Below, piece by piece: positions 14,215 to 27,330 of a stretch of DNA of 64,000 nucleotides (its first letter is position 1; each line of letters starts with the position of its first letter). The stretch spans positions 7,420,773 to 7,484,772 of the forward strand of contig MU056050.1 in NCBI GenBank assembly GCA_013239625.1, in the 5' to 3' direction. The DNA comes from Lama guanicoe. Its lineage: Eukaryota. A program made the translations under genes and the position numbers. Under the pieces are notes generated by a model. That model had not been told where the DNA came from. It saw only the letters and a list, made by a program, of their open reading frames with translations, and did no database searches.

Positions 14215-14424
14215 GCTGCACTTCCAATACAACATCCAATGGTCACATGTAACTATTTAAAATTAAATTTAATTAAATTTAAATACAATAAAAAATTCAG
14301 CTTCTCAGTCGCAGTAGTCACATTTCAGTGCTCAACAGACATATGTGGCTGAAAGGCTCCTGTGTTGGACAATGAAGACACAGAGTATTTTATCATCACA
14401 GAACGTTCTGTTTGACAGCACTGG
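14215..14424 (-). mobile_element. MER3 (hAT-Charlie MITE)
   Basis: GTCACATTTCAGTGCTCAACAGACATATGTGGCT, AT-rich core and TTCTGTTTGACAGCACTG end match the recalled MER3 reverse complement. Confidence 0.8.
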
Positions 14425-14567
14425 GCTAGAGACCAGGAGACCAAGACTTTCTGCATCAGACCAAATAATTCTAACCATTTTAATGATAGAGTTTCCACAA
14501 TGTAATTAATATTCATATCTACAGAGAATATAGGTTAGAATTGAACATTTTATTTTTTTACTTTGGA

Positions 14568-14739
14568 CAATGGTTCTCAAAAGTCAGTTGTGCAGAAGAA
14601 TCTAGGAAGTTTGCTTAATGCAGATAACTCACAGAGTGAGGCAGTAGGTCTGCAATAGGGATCCATGAATCTGTATCTTAAATATATGTCCTTGGTAATG
14701 CTAACATGGGTAGTCCCTCAACCACATTTTGAGAAACAC
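14568..14739. mobile_element. MER5-type hAT MITE
   Basis: TIR-like ends CAATGGTTCTCAAA ... TTTGAGAAACAC. Confidence 0.7.
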
Positions 14740-15974
14740 ATGCATCAGAAAATTCCAATGATCAGTTTACACATTCTGATTCATTTACTTGAATGGATAA
14801 GCATTAATATGTATACATAGGCAAGCCCTTGTCTCTTTACAAAAGTGTAAACTGTTCCACAAAGGCAAAAGAAGGTGCTTTCAGGGTATGAGATCTGAGG
14901 AAGGATGAATACAGAAAGAAAAATCAAGAAGACAGACACACTAGAAACAAATCTTTTGAATAGAATATTCCAGAATATCTATACAGGGCAGAAGCTATCT
15001 GGAACTATCAGGCTCTGGGAACAGTTTTGAACCTTGAGCTATCAGGAAGAGAAAACTATTTGGTGGTATAGTTTCTGAAGATCTTAATATTACATATAAA
15101 TGCTAAGTATGTACAAGGTACTAGACAAGGTGCTAAGAGACTAGTAAAATAAAGTTGTTAACTTCAAGAAACTCAGTCTAGTAGGGGAAGAGAGACTAAA
15201 AATAAGTATAATACAGTAGCAAGTGTCATTTCAGCTGAACCTTAAATGTTTAGTGGCTCTGGAGTTGGAAACGTAGAAGAAAGGCAGTTAAAATGTAGAG
15301 AACAACATGAGGAAAAGCAAGAGCTTGAAAATTTGGGGCATACCTGGTGACCTAGAAGTGGTCTAGAGTGGCTAGTGAATAGAGTTTAAAGAAAGTTGTG
15401 TAGTGGGAGATGGGGGTATAAAATGCATTTTGGGCACCTGGGACAAGACCATGGATGGCACTGAATACCTATTTGGGGAAAAAAGTCCTTTAGAAGGTAT
15501 TTCAGGAGAGTAGTGATATAAGATCTGCATTTAGGAAGAACACTAACAGCCAGGCATAAAGTGGAGTGTGGAAAGAGTAGATGCTGGGAAGATGTGCTAT
15601 GATTTGGTCATTTGGCTGCATGGAAGAAAAACTGCACTCTGGTTGACAATGTTTGTTCTTGCAAAAAGCTGGGAATCAAGAGGGAAGCAACAGAATGTAA
15701 AAGGAGTTTTTAAAGCTGAAAATCTGAAGAAAGAGCATGAGTAGCGGCAGTGTGTTTAGAAGCTGTTGGGGATGTAGTGAGCCACCATGACTCCGGCACT
15801 AGAGAGTACCAGCAATGAAGGTCAGAAAGAAAGTAGAATCTTCAGTCTGGTGAGAAGACAGCTCTACACTGTCTAAGTCTTCTGAAGTTATGGACAATGG
15901 AGTATCTGTTATGGGAAAACAGTGGGAAAACAGCTTCTTCAGTGAAGTGCCCTTAAAAAATACAACATATCACA

Positions 15975-16205
15975 GAGTAGTTAAGGGCATAGGCCCTGGA
16001 CACAGACTTCCTATAATCGAATCCTGATTCTGCTATATAGGAATTTTGTGATCTGGTAGGTCCTGGTTTTTCTACCCTTAAAATGGAAATAATAGTGCCT
16101 ACCTCATAGGAATGCTGAGAAGGTTGATGGGTTCATACATATAAGGTATTTATAACGTGGCTTGGTACATAGTAAGCACTCAGTAAATGTTGGCTATTAT
16201 TATCA
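15975..16205 (+). mobile_element. MIR SINE
   Basis: AAAATGGAAATAATAGTGCCTACCTCATAGG; GTACATAGTAAGCACTCAGTAAATG. Confidence 0.8.
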
Positions 16206-18019
16206 TGCGTATGTATCAGTGAAACACACACTTAATTGTGCTATGTTCAATAACCCTTGAAGGTGTGAGGGCTATATCTAAGGGATGGTGATCAGTATAG
16301 TTTAGCAGCCCAAAGGACACTGTCCTGCATAGGCAGCATGCCTTAGTATTACTCATAATGAGTATCTTAAGTCCCTTTTGGAAAAATACAGATATGAGTA
16401 AGGTTTCGAAGCTTGTAATTATTTTTAGTGATTCCCCTTAAGTAAGCCAACAAGTCAGCCCTGGCACATCACTGGCTGGTATAAACCAGCCCTTATACTC
16501 CCATCTATAAGACCTGCATTTCACTTCCCTAAAACACACTCCAAGGTATACTGAAGGAAAAAAAATCTATTGGATTAACAACTTCAGCTTCCTAAACAGC
16601 CAGAACCTAGAAACCTACCCCATCTCCAGTTACTCTTGGCCTCAAACAGCACAGGGAAAAAATGATTATTTTGCAGATAAAAGACTTTCTTTCACCAATC
16701 AGATAATGTAAATTTCTTTAAAAACTCTAATAAGCTCTTTTTCATTTATATTTAGGGTGCTTGTTCCCAGTGAGGGGTGTTAGCCAGAGCTTCTGACTGC
16801 ACAGGAAATTTGCCACTCGAAACCAAGTTTAGCATGGAGCTTCCAATCACATGCCCAGTCTTCCCAGTTCTCCCCCTAATTCTGACCTATTCCCTCAAGT
16901 TCCCTCTTGTATTTCTTTTGAGTATCAAATTCCATTTAAGTTAAAGAATGATCAAAGGGCTTTATATCATCCTCCTTTCTTTTTTGCTAGAAGGGAACAA
17001 TATAAGAATAGCTTTACTTCAAGATACGTTAAAGTATAAAGATATCTTACAGAGGATAAATTCTAATTACATGGTATCTGAGACAACATGTCTATTACCG
17101 TCTTTCTAAACGTCTCATAAACAGTTCATAACAATTCTTCCCTATCCCTGACTCATTCTCTTGACAACACTCTTAAATGTTCATTGTCAAATGCTGAAGA
17201 AGAGTGGTCTATGCTGTGAGCATCCAGTCATTTTCCCCAGTACATGGCACAGTCTTAATAAATTAAGATCTAAGAATGACTGTTTCAAGAATGTTTCCTG
17301 AAGAGGATTTAAAGAACGTTTTACCAGAGAACTAGTATGAGTTATTCAAGTATCTGGGTTCATATACTGAAGTGATAATGCAGTTTTAAACAGTTATTAC
17401 CTTCAGTGGGACAGAAAGTGTGTTTTTTCCCCTTTAAACCAATGGGTTTAAAATTGAGAAACCACTGGGGAATTTTTAAAAAGTGAGAAAGTTCATCCAT
17501 TTTTAGATAGGTAGATAGATAGATAAAGACAGATAGAAAGAAAAGTGTGAAACTGAGTTAGCTGTATATTTTTCTGTTGATGTGGATAAAATACTCAAAT
17601 TTAAAAACATATAGCCCTTCATATTCATAGCCAGTATATTTTAAAATACACATACTTTTATGAAAACAATCATATACATTTGGTCAGCAGAATATGAAAA
17701 ACTAACTAACTTGTTTTAGAAGGAAAATATTCCACATTAACCTTTCGATTGGGTAACATTTTATTTTCCAATAACTTTACAAGGCTCTACTTTCATTCAT
17801 ATTGATGTATAAGTTAATCAAAACACTAATGTTTCTTTATATAATCTATAAAATTAATCTGGAAAACACTCACATATTAAAATAAATGTTGTGTTAAAAA
17901 TAGTTTGGAAAAAATCTCTAGGGTTCTATCAAATAACACATTTGTTTTAGTAAATGACTGAACTTAGTCTTTTTGACTAGTAGCTTAAGTCAAATATGCC
18001 CTTGACCCATCAACTGAGA

Positions 18020-18250
18020 GGCAGCCTGGTATAAGGGTAAGAAAAAGCACAGATTCTTGAATCAGATCATTTAACCTATGATTTCAGGCTCTACCAACTT
18101 GTTAGATGTGAGACTTCAGGCCAGTTACTCATCCTCTAAGTCTCAGTTTTCTTAGCTCTGAAATGGAGATCACAATACCACTGACTTCACATAGAGTTGT
18201 TATGAGAAAAGATTGATCAAGTATATTAAATCATGGTGTAAATGTTTTAT
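18020..18250 (+). mobile_element. MIR SINE
   Basis: CTCTAAGTCTCAGTTTTCTTAGCTCTGAAATGG core. Confidence 0.7.
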
Positions 18251-21139
18251 ACTACATCCACAATGAGTCAACAACCTACAACTATACTGTGATTTTAAGT
18301 TGTATTTTAATAGAGTAAAGTCATGAAGGAATTAAACATGTATTCACTATTAGCATACAAATACAGTTCAGTCATAAAAGTCACCTAGTTAGCCTTGACA
18401 TTATTCATTAGGTCACCCTGGAATTGAGAGATGGCAAGGAGATAATGTCACTGTTCTTTAACATAAACACTTTTATTAGCATAGAGAATTTCTTTCCAGA
18501 TATAGTAATTCCAGTACCATAACATTTTCCAACATTTTCCACTGCCAGAAATTTAAACCAGTAATACAGGTCCATGAGAAACCTCTATTTATTGAAGAAA
18601 GCAATATTTTCCATGAAAATATATCTACTTAGTTTTGCAGTGGAGAAAACGAGATATTCTCTGGTTTTAATTCAAAGAGAAAAAACTCGACAACTTCTCA
18701 CATTAAAAATGTACAGAGACAGCTCTTCTAGAATCAAGCATGCATTAGAGTATGGAGAAAACATCCAACAAGCACAACTCTCCAGCACTTAGCGAAACAA
18801 ACCAACCGCTACCCAAAGAAGAAACTGAAGCTATAAATTCAAATAAACGGGCTGCAGGGAGACTACACAAACCTGCTGTTGCTTTAATTGCAGACAATTC
18901 AATTCAGCAGCTGTTGGTCCAGGCACTAAGGTTCACTGTATGCTCTTCAGCGTAACCTTGAAATATTGTCACTCACTCACTTCTCCACATCATCTGCATG
19001 CTGTCCAATTAATGAGGAGCGAAATCAACTGTCAAACCACGTATCAAAACAGAACATGATCTTTTAGCTCTTAAGCACAGGAGCAAAATATTTTAAGGAC
19101 AATAAAGCAAGAATGGAGGTGAAAGTCCTTGACAATAAATGATATTCAAACTTATCAAAACATGTGGCTGTAGGAACTAAGCTTCTGTTCTGTTTAGCAA
19201 GAAAGTGAAACTTTCTCAAGGTTTTTGCATTTGGAAGGATGCTTTCTGTCTAGCTGCTGTATAAGAAGCCTTTCAAACAACATTCACCAATACCTGATCA
19301 GTCTCCAAGTTCTTCGTTATTATGGACCAATATGTTTCTGAAAGCTTAAGAGAATACTTAAGGAACACTCTGGTCCAATGATATTTTACAGATGGTTAGG
19401 AGCTGGCATTTTTAGCCTTGCTGTTTTCAGCACTTTTTTTTCTACCAGGAGAACAAACAACAATAATATAAATGTTCATCAATCTGAGTTAAAGAATGAA
19501 ATAAAAATAAATTTACCAAACAAATGTGTTCTGGAATGCTTCCTATTTGAAATTTACTTACTCTTAACTATATCTCAAATCTAGACAACCAATTAACAAA
19601 TACAAGAGTTAATAAACTCAAGAGAAACACAACATACTAAGTGTTTAAAAATTGTTTTTTGCTTCCAAAGCACTGTCTTCTGTGCAAACACTCTAGGCTA
19701 TATCACATACTACCAGTTGCAGACATAAGACTTGGGAAATTCAAAACAAGAATACACCAGAGAAGCATGCACAATTAAGGGATCGGGACTACCAATTTAA
19801 CAGAGAACCTAGATTTTACATAGCAATCTGCTACATACATTATAGCTAGGGGCAGGCATATTTTATGCAGCTATTTTGTTTAGCTCATTAGAATCTTATT
19901 TGTCCTTTAGTACAGTTGAACTGGAGGCAAAATAAGAGAGGAATGCACTTTGAAACAAAAGGAAAATTTCAGATAAAATAAAACATACTATACCTGTATA
20001 TTGTACCAGGAACATCGTGACACTCTTCAGGGAACTGTTTCACGTTGTATCCTACCGTGAGTTATTCTCCCCTTACCCTCTTCTCTCCACGAAAAGAAAA
20101 GCCAAAGCACCCCAAACCGCCACTACACACTACCCCTAACCCACCCCCCCATCCAGGAAAAAAAAAAACAGCTACAATTCAGCTCAGATCCGATGCTTCT
20201 GTTTAGCTCAGCTCCAGCCGAGCAACTGAGCTCTAGCAACGGAGCATAGGGAGGTGGATTCTGATGCCAGTAGCACTTCCATCCACTTCACTTACACAAA
20301 AGCAGGCAGTGGAAAATCCAGGAGCCTTGAAGACAAGGGCTGGAACTGGCTTTTATGAATTGCTATTACTGCATGTGTCACCATCCATCTCCAATGACGG
20401 ACACTTATAGGCTGAATTGGGAGTGGAGGGGGTGGGGTGGAGGAGGTTGGAGAGCAGGTGGAGAAGCAATTAGCAGTATGTTCATCGGAGAATTCGTTCG
20501 GGATTTCATACATCAGTGCCTAAAGAAACAGCATGCAGTTGACAAATCAGAACTTTACAATTTGCATGCCTTAGAAGAAATCTTAGCTCGCAGTCCCAAA
20601 CAAAATGAAACTTGCCCACTCTTACGGAGCATGGGAAGTCACACCTCTGCTTTCTCTTTCCTCCAGCTACCCTTGTTCCTGAGAAATCAACATTCAGGAT
20701 GAATATTTGCTAATTTTCCCTAAAGAACTGTATTTAAAAGTCTAGAAGCAAAGAAAGTACAAAGAATTAAATTATATTGAACATGATATCCCTTAACAAA
20801 AAGGCAAAAAGCTAATTATTTTAAGCCAACTTTTCATCCATATTCCCATTCCCCAGGTGCAGCTTTCATACCTAGAATCAGCGGATCATACAACTTTTGC
20901 ACATATATTTAATACTGAAAAACTATCTCTGTATACCTAAAAATAGTTCAGTTAAAGTCAAGGTGAGAAGCTAAGAGTTACATGCAGGACTCTCTCCATA
21001 TAACCTTTACAAAGGCACTTTACCTATAAGTGCTTTAGTTTTACTCATCTACTAAACTGAAGCATTTTTTTTAGATTTATTTCAAAGTGAATCATGAGTA
21101 GGAGCAAAAAGGAGATAGTCTCTCAGGAAGGAAACATGA

Positions 21140-21396
21140 CACAATTGGAGGAGTACTGGGGCTAGATATCAGGAAACCTGGGTTCAGGTTCCTATTCTAC
21201 AACTTTCTAGCTATGTTACCCTGGACAAGTCACTTAACTTCTTGGAGCCTAAGTTCCCTTATTTATAAATTGTACATAATTCTACCTATTCTGACTGCTT
21301 CCTAGGATTGCTGTGAAGAGCTAATGAGATAATATTTATGAAAACCCTTTTGTAAACTGCAAAGGGCTATAAAATTGTACGGTATTATTATTATTA
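21140..21396 (+). mobile_element. MIR SINE
   Basis: GGACAAGTCACTTAACTTCTTGGAGCCTAAGTTCCC core with a TATTAT tail. Confidence 0.8.
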
Positions 21397-24009
21397 TACC
21401 CTGAAATAAGTCTTGCCTAAGTGACTGAAATGGGGAACCTCTATCATATAAGGAAAATAAAAAGAAAGGACCAATACAATTTCAGGAAACACTATCCAAT
21501 CCTTCCAATTTTAAAATTAGAAGGAAGTACTGTTTGCTCTTATAATTCCATGAAAGGGAAATTTTTTGAAAAGAAAAAAAATTAATCTGATATATAATAC
21601 ATCAAGAGTTTATTAGATACTGAAGCCTGAATTCTTTCTTTGCTTTCTGAAAAGTCAGTCAATATTTTTGGTAAGATCTAATATTATGTCCCATCTGGAA
21701 TGCAATCTACTTGACTATGAGCATCTCCTTTTGTTAAATCTTTCTATTAACCTAGTACATCTTTACTGTCCAGTGTGTGGAAAAGGATCAGGTTGTTTAA
21801 CTAAATCTAAATCCACAAGGTAAAAATCCAAAGTCATGCTTTACTAGGCTCCAAGCTGCCTTGATACTATATATACAGTGACCAGCTGGCTTCAACTGGG
21901 ACACAATTTTAGCACATGAAGTCCTGGGGTGGCCACACCTGGGGCACTTAATGATCCAGGCAATGTTTGGGGACCTTTGGTTCAGCCAAATCCCACATGT
22001 CCTGATTTCCATCTGTATGGTGGTTTCCCAAGTGTGTGTCTGTCCACATGGGCCAAATCTGAAGCAGCCAAAAGAAAGGTGGGAGTTACAGCAGAAATAT
22101 CAGATGCCAGCTCCCCTTGGCCCCCTCCAATACCATCTGTGTCCTCAAACAAGTGCCCAGCCCACTTCCTGTGAGAAGGAAAACTTTTTTTCTAATTGCC
22201 CCTTGAATGTCATTGCCAAAACTGAAAATTTCAGTAAAATATGTATCCAAAATCTATGTTAAATCAATGGGTTAAATGGATAATCTCAGTCACAAAGAGT
22301 TAGGTAAATGAGCAAGTGAGCCATTAAAAGGTGGAAGGGGAGGAGAGGGTATGGAGGAGAGGAGAGAAGAAGAGAAGAGAGGGAAGGAGAGTGAAAGAAT
22401 CCGAAGTGAGAGCTTTTTTCTAAGCAGAGAAACACTTGCTGGAGTCATCCAAAACCTCATCTCCTAGAAAGTACTTGCCTTTTGAGGTACTGGGAATAGC
22501 CCTTTTACCACCACAGCTGCAATCCTAGCCTTCCAACTGCTTAGGTAAATAGTCAAGAGCTTGAAAAAGCATTGATAGCCCTAGCTCCAGAACTTACTTT
22601 CCTCTGGCATGTGGAAAGCCAGGCAGGTGGGACACAGTTTTCCAGGGTCATCTTCACTGCAACCCTCCACCACAGCATTTCCTGTGGCATGGCTGGCCAC
22701 TAATAAAGGTGTCTGCCCAATTTCAGGTTTGGCAAAGGAAGCTTGCCTGATACTTTTAAAACCACACTGGTAAGAAAGGAACAAAGGCTGTATATATTTC
22801 ACACTCAGGCTGTTCTGCCTTTGGGCATTGCAACGGTTCTCCACACATTTAAGCTTGAAATTCATATTCCCCAAGTTCCTCAGAAGGGTCATTCAAAATA
22901 AAGGGAAAAGGACAAGAAAGATGATTTTTTGTAGCTTCTCTCCCCACCATCAAAAGATGAGGGTCATATCCTGCATATGACTGACAGCATGTCCCAAAAG
23001 GCAATAAAGTGGAGTGGAAGGCAGTAGTTTCAACCCAGATTAGTAAGAATGGAAATTAAAGAATCAGAGAATCCTGATAAAAACACACACATAAACATAT
23101 ACACCAAAAATCACTGCAATGTTTCTGTCATCCTGATTTCAATCTCTAGAATGTAAGCACTAGTGGTTCCCTAATCCTCCTTCACAGCAGCTGTCACCAA
23201 GCCTGACCAATCTTTTCAAACGAATTCCTATTGTTAACCACCTTGGATTCTGAGTATTTTTGTCAAAAACAAAAATCTCAGTGGAAGATTTCAAATAACC
23301 ATGAACTTGAACCAAACCATGAACCTAAATAGGGAGAAAAAACACTAATTTGCTAAACCCCAAACAAAACAGAAATGTTAATACTTTGAAAACAACAGCA
23401 ACTAGTGAATTAATTTGAACCAGAACAGAGCTTCATGTTTTCTGAATCAAACTTGTACTAAACACTGATAGTCCAATCACCTCAAGTTCCTGCAAAGAGC
23501 ACACAGCAAGACTTGGTTTCACCTGCCTGAGAGTCCGCAATGAACTATATAGAATAAGACTGAATAAGGAGTTGGGAGAACTGCATTCTCCTAATTTTTT
23601 CCAATTTGACCTTGGTCAAGTCACTTACACTCTTTCAGACTCAGCCTGCTTGCCTTGAAATGGCTGGGCTGGGGTGACCAATATACCAGTCTAATACTCT
23701 ATGCCAATTGTGAAATGTAGTCTAGCAACAAAATAGACGATGTCACAATTTGGCCCTAATCTCCAGGAAGCAGAGATGGACCACCCCAACTCTCCTAAGA
23801 ATTCATGTTTCTAGCTTTTTTGAAATATGCTTCATATAAGAGTTGGGCAACTGTCTTTGCTCACTTGGCAAATGAGCCTTGGGAATAGTCAGCTTAGTAT
23901 TCCTTTTAAGAATGTTTCTCTTCAAAATAATGTTTCAGGAGCAGTTTGTTTTTCTCAAATGAAAGCTACAGGTGAGCGGTCTGGTCCCAAAGAGGAGGAA
24001 GGAAGACAG

Positions 24010-24630
24010 TGATTTAGATTATGCTGAGCACCTATCGCATGCCAGACATGGCATCATACTTTATATCATTTTTCAAATTAGTCCTCACAACATAGTTATA
24101 TGGTAGGTATTACCATTCTTATTTTATAGGCAAGGAAACTGAGGATTACTGATGTTAACTGATTTGCTTGCAGTCACTCAACTGGTAAGTGACGGATCCA
24201 GGATTTGAACTCAAGCAATGTGAATCCACTACTATACCAACAGTCTAATGATTAAAGTCTGAATGAATGAATTCTTTCTTAATTCAGTGATTCAGCTGGA
24301 CTTGCTTAGTGAATAAATCACCTGCAGAGTCAATACAGTGAATGTAAACCTCTTTGCATTTATACTGCATAGACAATTTTTTAGAAAAAGTTTATCTGAC
24401 AATGTGGTTAACACCACTGGGCTCTGGAGTCAGACAAATCTAAGTTTCTTGAATTCTGGTTTACGGACAAGTTACTTAACCACACTGAGTCTCAAGTTTT
24501 CTTATTTGGCAAATGGCAAAAGTAGTAGTGCTTACTCATTGGGTAGCTGGAAAGTGTTTATGATGTGATAGCAATTAGTACAGTGCTTGGCATAAAATAA
24601 TTACTCAATAAATACATATTACAGCTATAC
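24010..24630. mobile_element. Two MIR SINEs (minus ~24010-24230; plus ~24400-24630)
   Basis: GGAAACTGAGG ... GGATTTGAACTC; GACAAGTTACTTAACC ... CTCAAGTTTTC. Confidence 0.75.
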
Positions 24631-25319
24631 TTGTATTCATAAGCAACAGAGCAAGAAAGGAAAGGTCATAAAGAGAAAGGAAACTAGGATTCATTGAACT
24701 CAAGTGCTCTTTGGCCTGTAGCATAGATTTAGTTTGAAAGAGGTTTTCAGTGGCCCACCCACACCCTCTAAAACTAAGCTGCATCTTGCAGTAGATTAGC
24801 ATATTCATGAAGCAACATAATTATACTAATTGGTGGTGCCTAAGTAGTAGCAAGGAGACTTGTCATGTGCTCTGCTGAACAGCAATTGTCCCTTAGTTTC
24901 CTGGAATCTTCTAAAAAGAGGGCTGGAAATTAGCAGATAAGAGTACTGCTGGAAGTACGAGGTGGTCTAAGGCCCCCAACATTCCACTATTCTTCAAGCT
25001 CCAGCTTCTCTTTCATTAACTCATGGCCCTCTTTGCATATACTCCCCATCTCCCTCAGTTTATTCTAGTTTTATTGTGATTCTTCCCCTGGCTCTAGCTC
25101 TGTCTCTGCTCATCAGCATCAAGTGGTATCTATGGAATGTGTGTCTGGTACTGCACTAGGAAAAGTGGAGGGGCATCCAAAAGTTAATGAAAGAGACATG
25201 TGTCCCACAGCCAAACAAATCTAAGATCCACAGGTAGACCAGAGTTTTGGCAACAAAGTAAATGCAGGTATAATTGGATGATTTGTTTGATTTCAGGGCA
25301 CAAAATAGTTTGTTCATCT

Positions 25320-25755
25320 AGTTAACGATATGCATAGTGAAGAATTTAGAATTATACAGTTGTTGGCAAGTTACTTTGAAATGCATAAAAAGAGGGATGA
25401 ATTGGTGATAAAGCAAATGGAATACAGTGTTAATTATAGAATCTAAATGGTAGGTATATGGGTATTCACTGTACAATTCTTTCAACTTTTCTGTGTATTT
25501 AAATTTTTTCATCATAAAAAGTTGAGGGAAAAAGGAGAGGGGTAAGGAGTATAGCTTTTCCAACCTCATATGTTTCAGAACAAAATAACCACATTTATAT
25601 AGAGAATATATAAAGAGAATATAGAGAGAGAAGCATAAATAAAATAGGGCAAAATGTGAAAAATTGGTGAATCTAAGTGAGTGGTATATGAGTCCTTATA
25701 TGATTCTCTTAATTATTCTATATTTAAAGTTATTTCAAAATAAAACCTTAAAAGA
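25320..25755 (+). mobile_element. Two L1ME-type 3' end fragments
   Basis: GGTATTCACTGTACAATTCTTTCAACTTTTCTGTG; AAAATTGGTGAATCTAAGTGAGTGGTATATG. Confidence 0.65.
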
Positions 25756-26739
25756 TAGTTTGTTGAATACCGACCCCTTTTACCTAGTGTCTCAGTTGCC
25801 ATTTTTAGTAGAGAGGGTATTAGGTCAATAGCAGCAGAAAATTTGGAAAGAATGAGTGGGGGATAATCAAACCGTACATATACTTGGGTGCCTACTACAT
25901 GAAAGACACTATGCTAGGCACTGTGGGGGATTCAAAGAGGTAAAAAAACATAGTCGCTGCCCTGAGAGGGCTCACAGTGTAGGTGAGGGAATGCCAAAGC
26001 AGTGTCTGAAAGGGTTACTGGCTGCCCAGAGAAGTTCTGTAAGACAGATGTATGAAGATTAGAAAGGTAGATTGGAGCCAATCAATACTCCAGAAAGTAT
26101 TGAATGCCAGGCTAAAGAGTTTGGACTTCATCCATTTACAGTATCTGAATCAAGGAAAGCACATGCTCTAAAAACTATTGGCTAGATAGTACAATTTGGG
26201 CACAGTTACCTTCAATGTGCATTTGTTTTATATTCATGTATTTCTGGCCCTTATATCTACTTCCCTTATTTGGATATGGCCTTTAGGGATTTCCAACATT
26301 CTGGATGCTGCCCATTTTTCTCAACAGCCATCTCTTCAGCGTCTGTCCCTTTTCTACCCTCAGTCCCACAAGGGGAGTTGACCAGCACTCACCTCAGCCC
26401 CACTGACTCAGTAAGCAATAAATAAACCTCATACAGTTTCTTAAACTAGCAGTTATGCTTTGAAACTCTGATTTCATTCATGATAAACAAGCCTCAATTA
26501 CTATTAGGATCATTGACTTGAATTGGAAAGAATGAATATTTAGCTAAGTAACATGTGAAGGAGCACAGGAAGTTATGCCCTGTGTGTAGAAGGAAACAAC
26601 TGTTCAAAGTGATCTTTGTATATTGAATAAAAACCTAGCAGAGACAGCATTCCTGAATAGCTAGCAAGCGATTAGGGAAGGCCTCTCAGACTGCCAAATC
26701 AAAAGGTGGACTTTTCTCTGTTTCTGTTTTTTTTCCCCC

Positions 26740-27330
26740 CATAAAGCCCATCCTCCAATCCAATCATGTTACTCTCCGTTTAAAACTCTGTGCTGGCTCA
26801 CCCCCACCTATAGGATCAAGGCTAAGCTCTTTAGCAAGCAGGCTTCACCAACTGGCCACAGGATACCTTTCTAGATTCTTATCCTGTCTCCTCTCCCACA
26901 CCCCCAATAGTTCACACACAATACCTTACATTTTTCTGAACAATCTGTTTTTACACATGTGACTACTTTGCATGTGTTAGTGTTTCTTCTTCCTGGAATC
27001 CTTGCCCACCACCTCTTTGTCCACCTAGATTCTAGCAATGCCCACTCATCCTTTGTGATTCAGCATAGTTAGACTCTGATCTGTAAGTAGCCCACCCCTA
27101 GCAGTAATTGCTTCCATCATGCCTCCAGGGTACCTTATAGCATAGCTCTTTCTCTGAACATCTTTCCCATTGTAATATAATTATTGGTTTGGGTACCTAT
27201 CTTCCCAACTTGACTGTGAGCTCCTTAAGGGCAGGCAGGGACTACTCTTAATTCATCATTGTATTCCTAGCACTTGGCATAAGGTCTGGTCCTGCATATG
27301 TGCTTAAATGTCTATTGAATAAATGAGTTT
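26740..27330 (+). mobile_element. L2 LINE 3' portion
   Basis: GACTGTGAGCTCCTTAAGGGCAGG ... CCTAGCACTTGGCATA ... TTGAATAAATGA. Confidence 0.8.
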
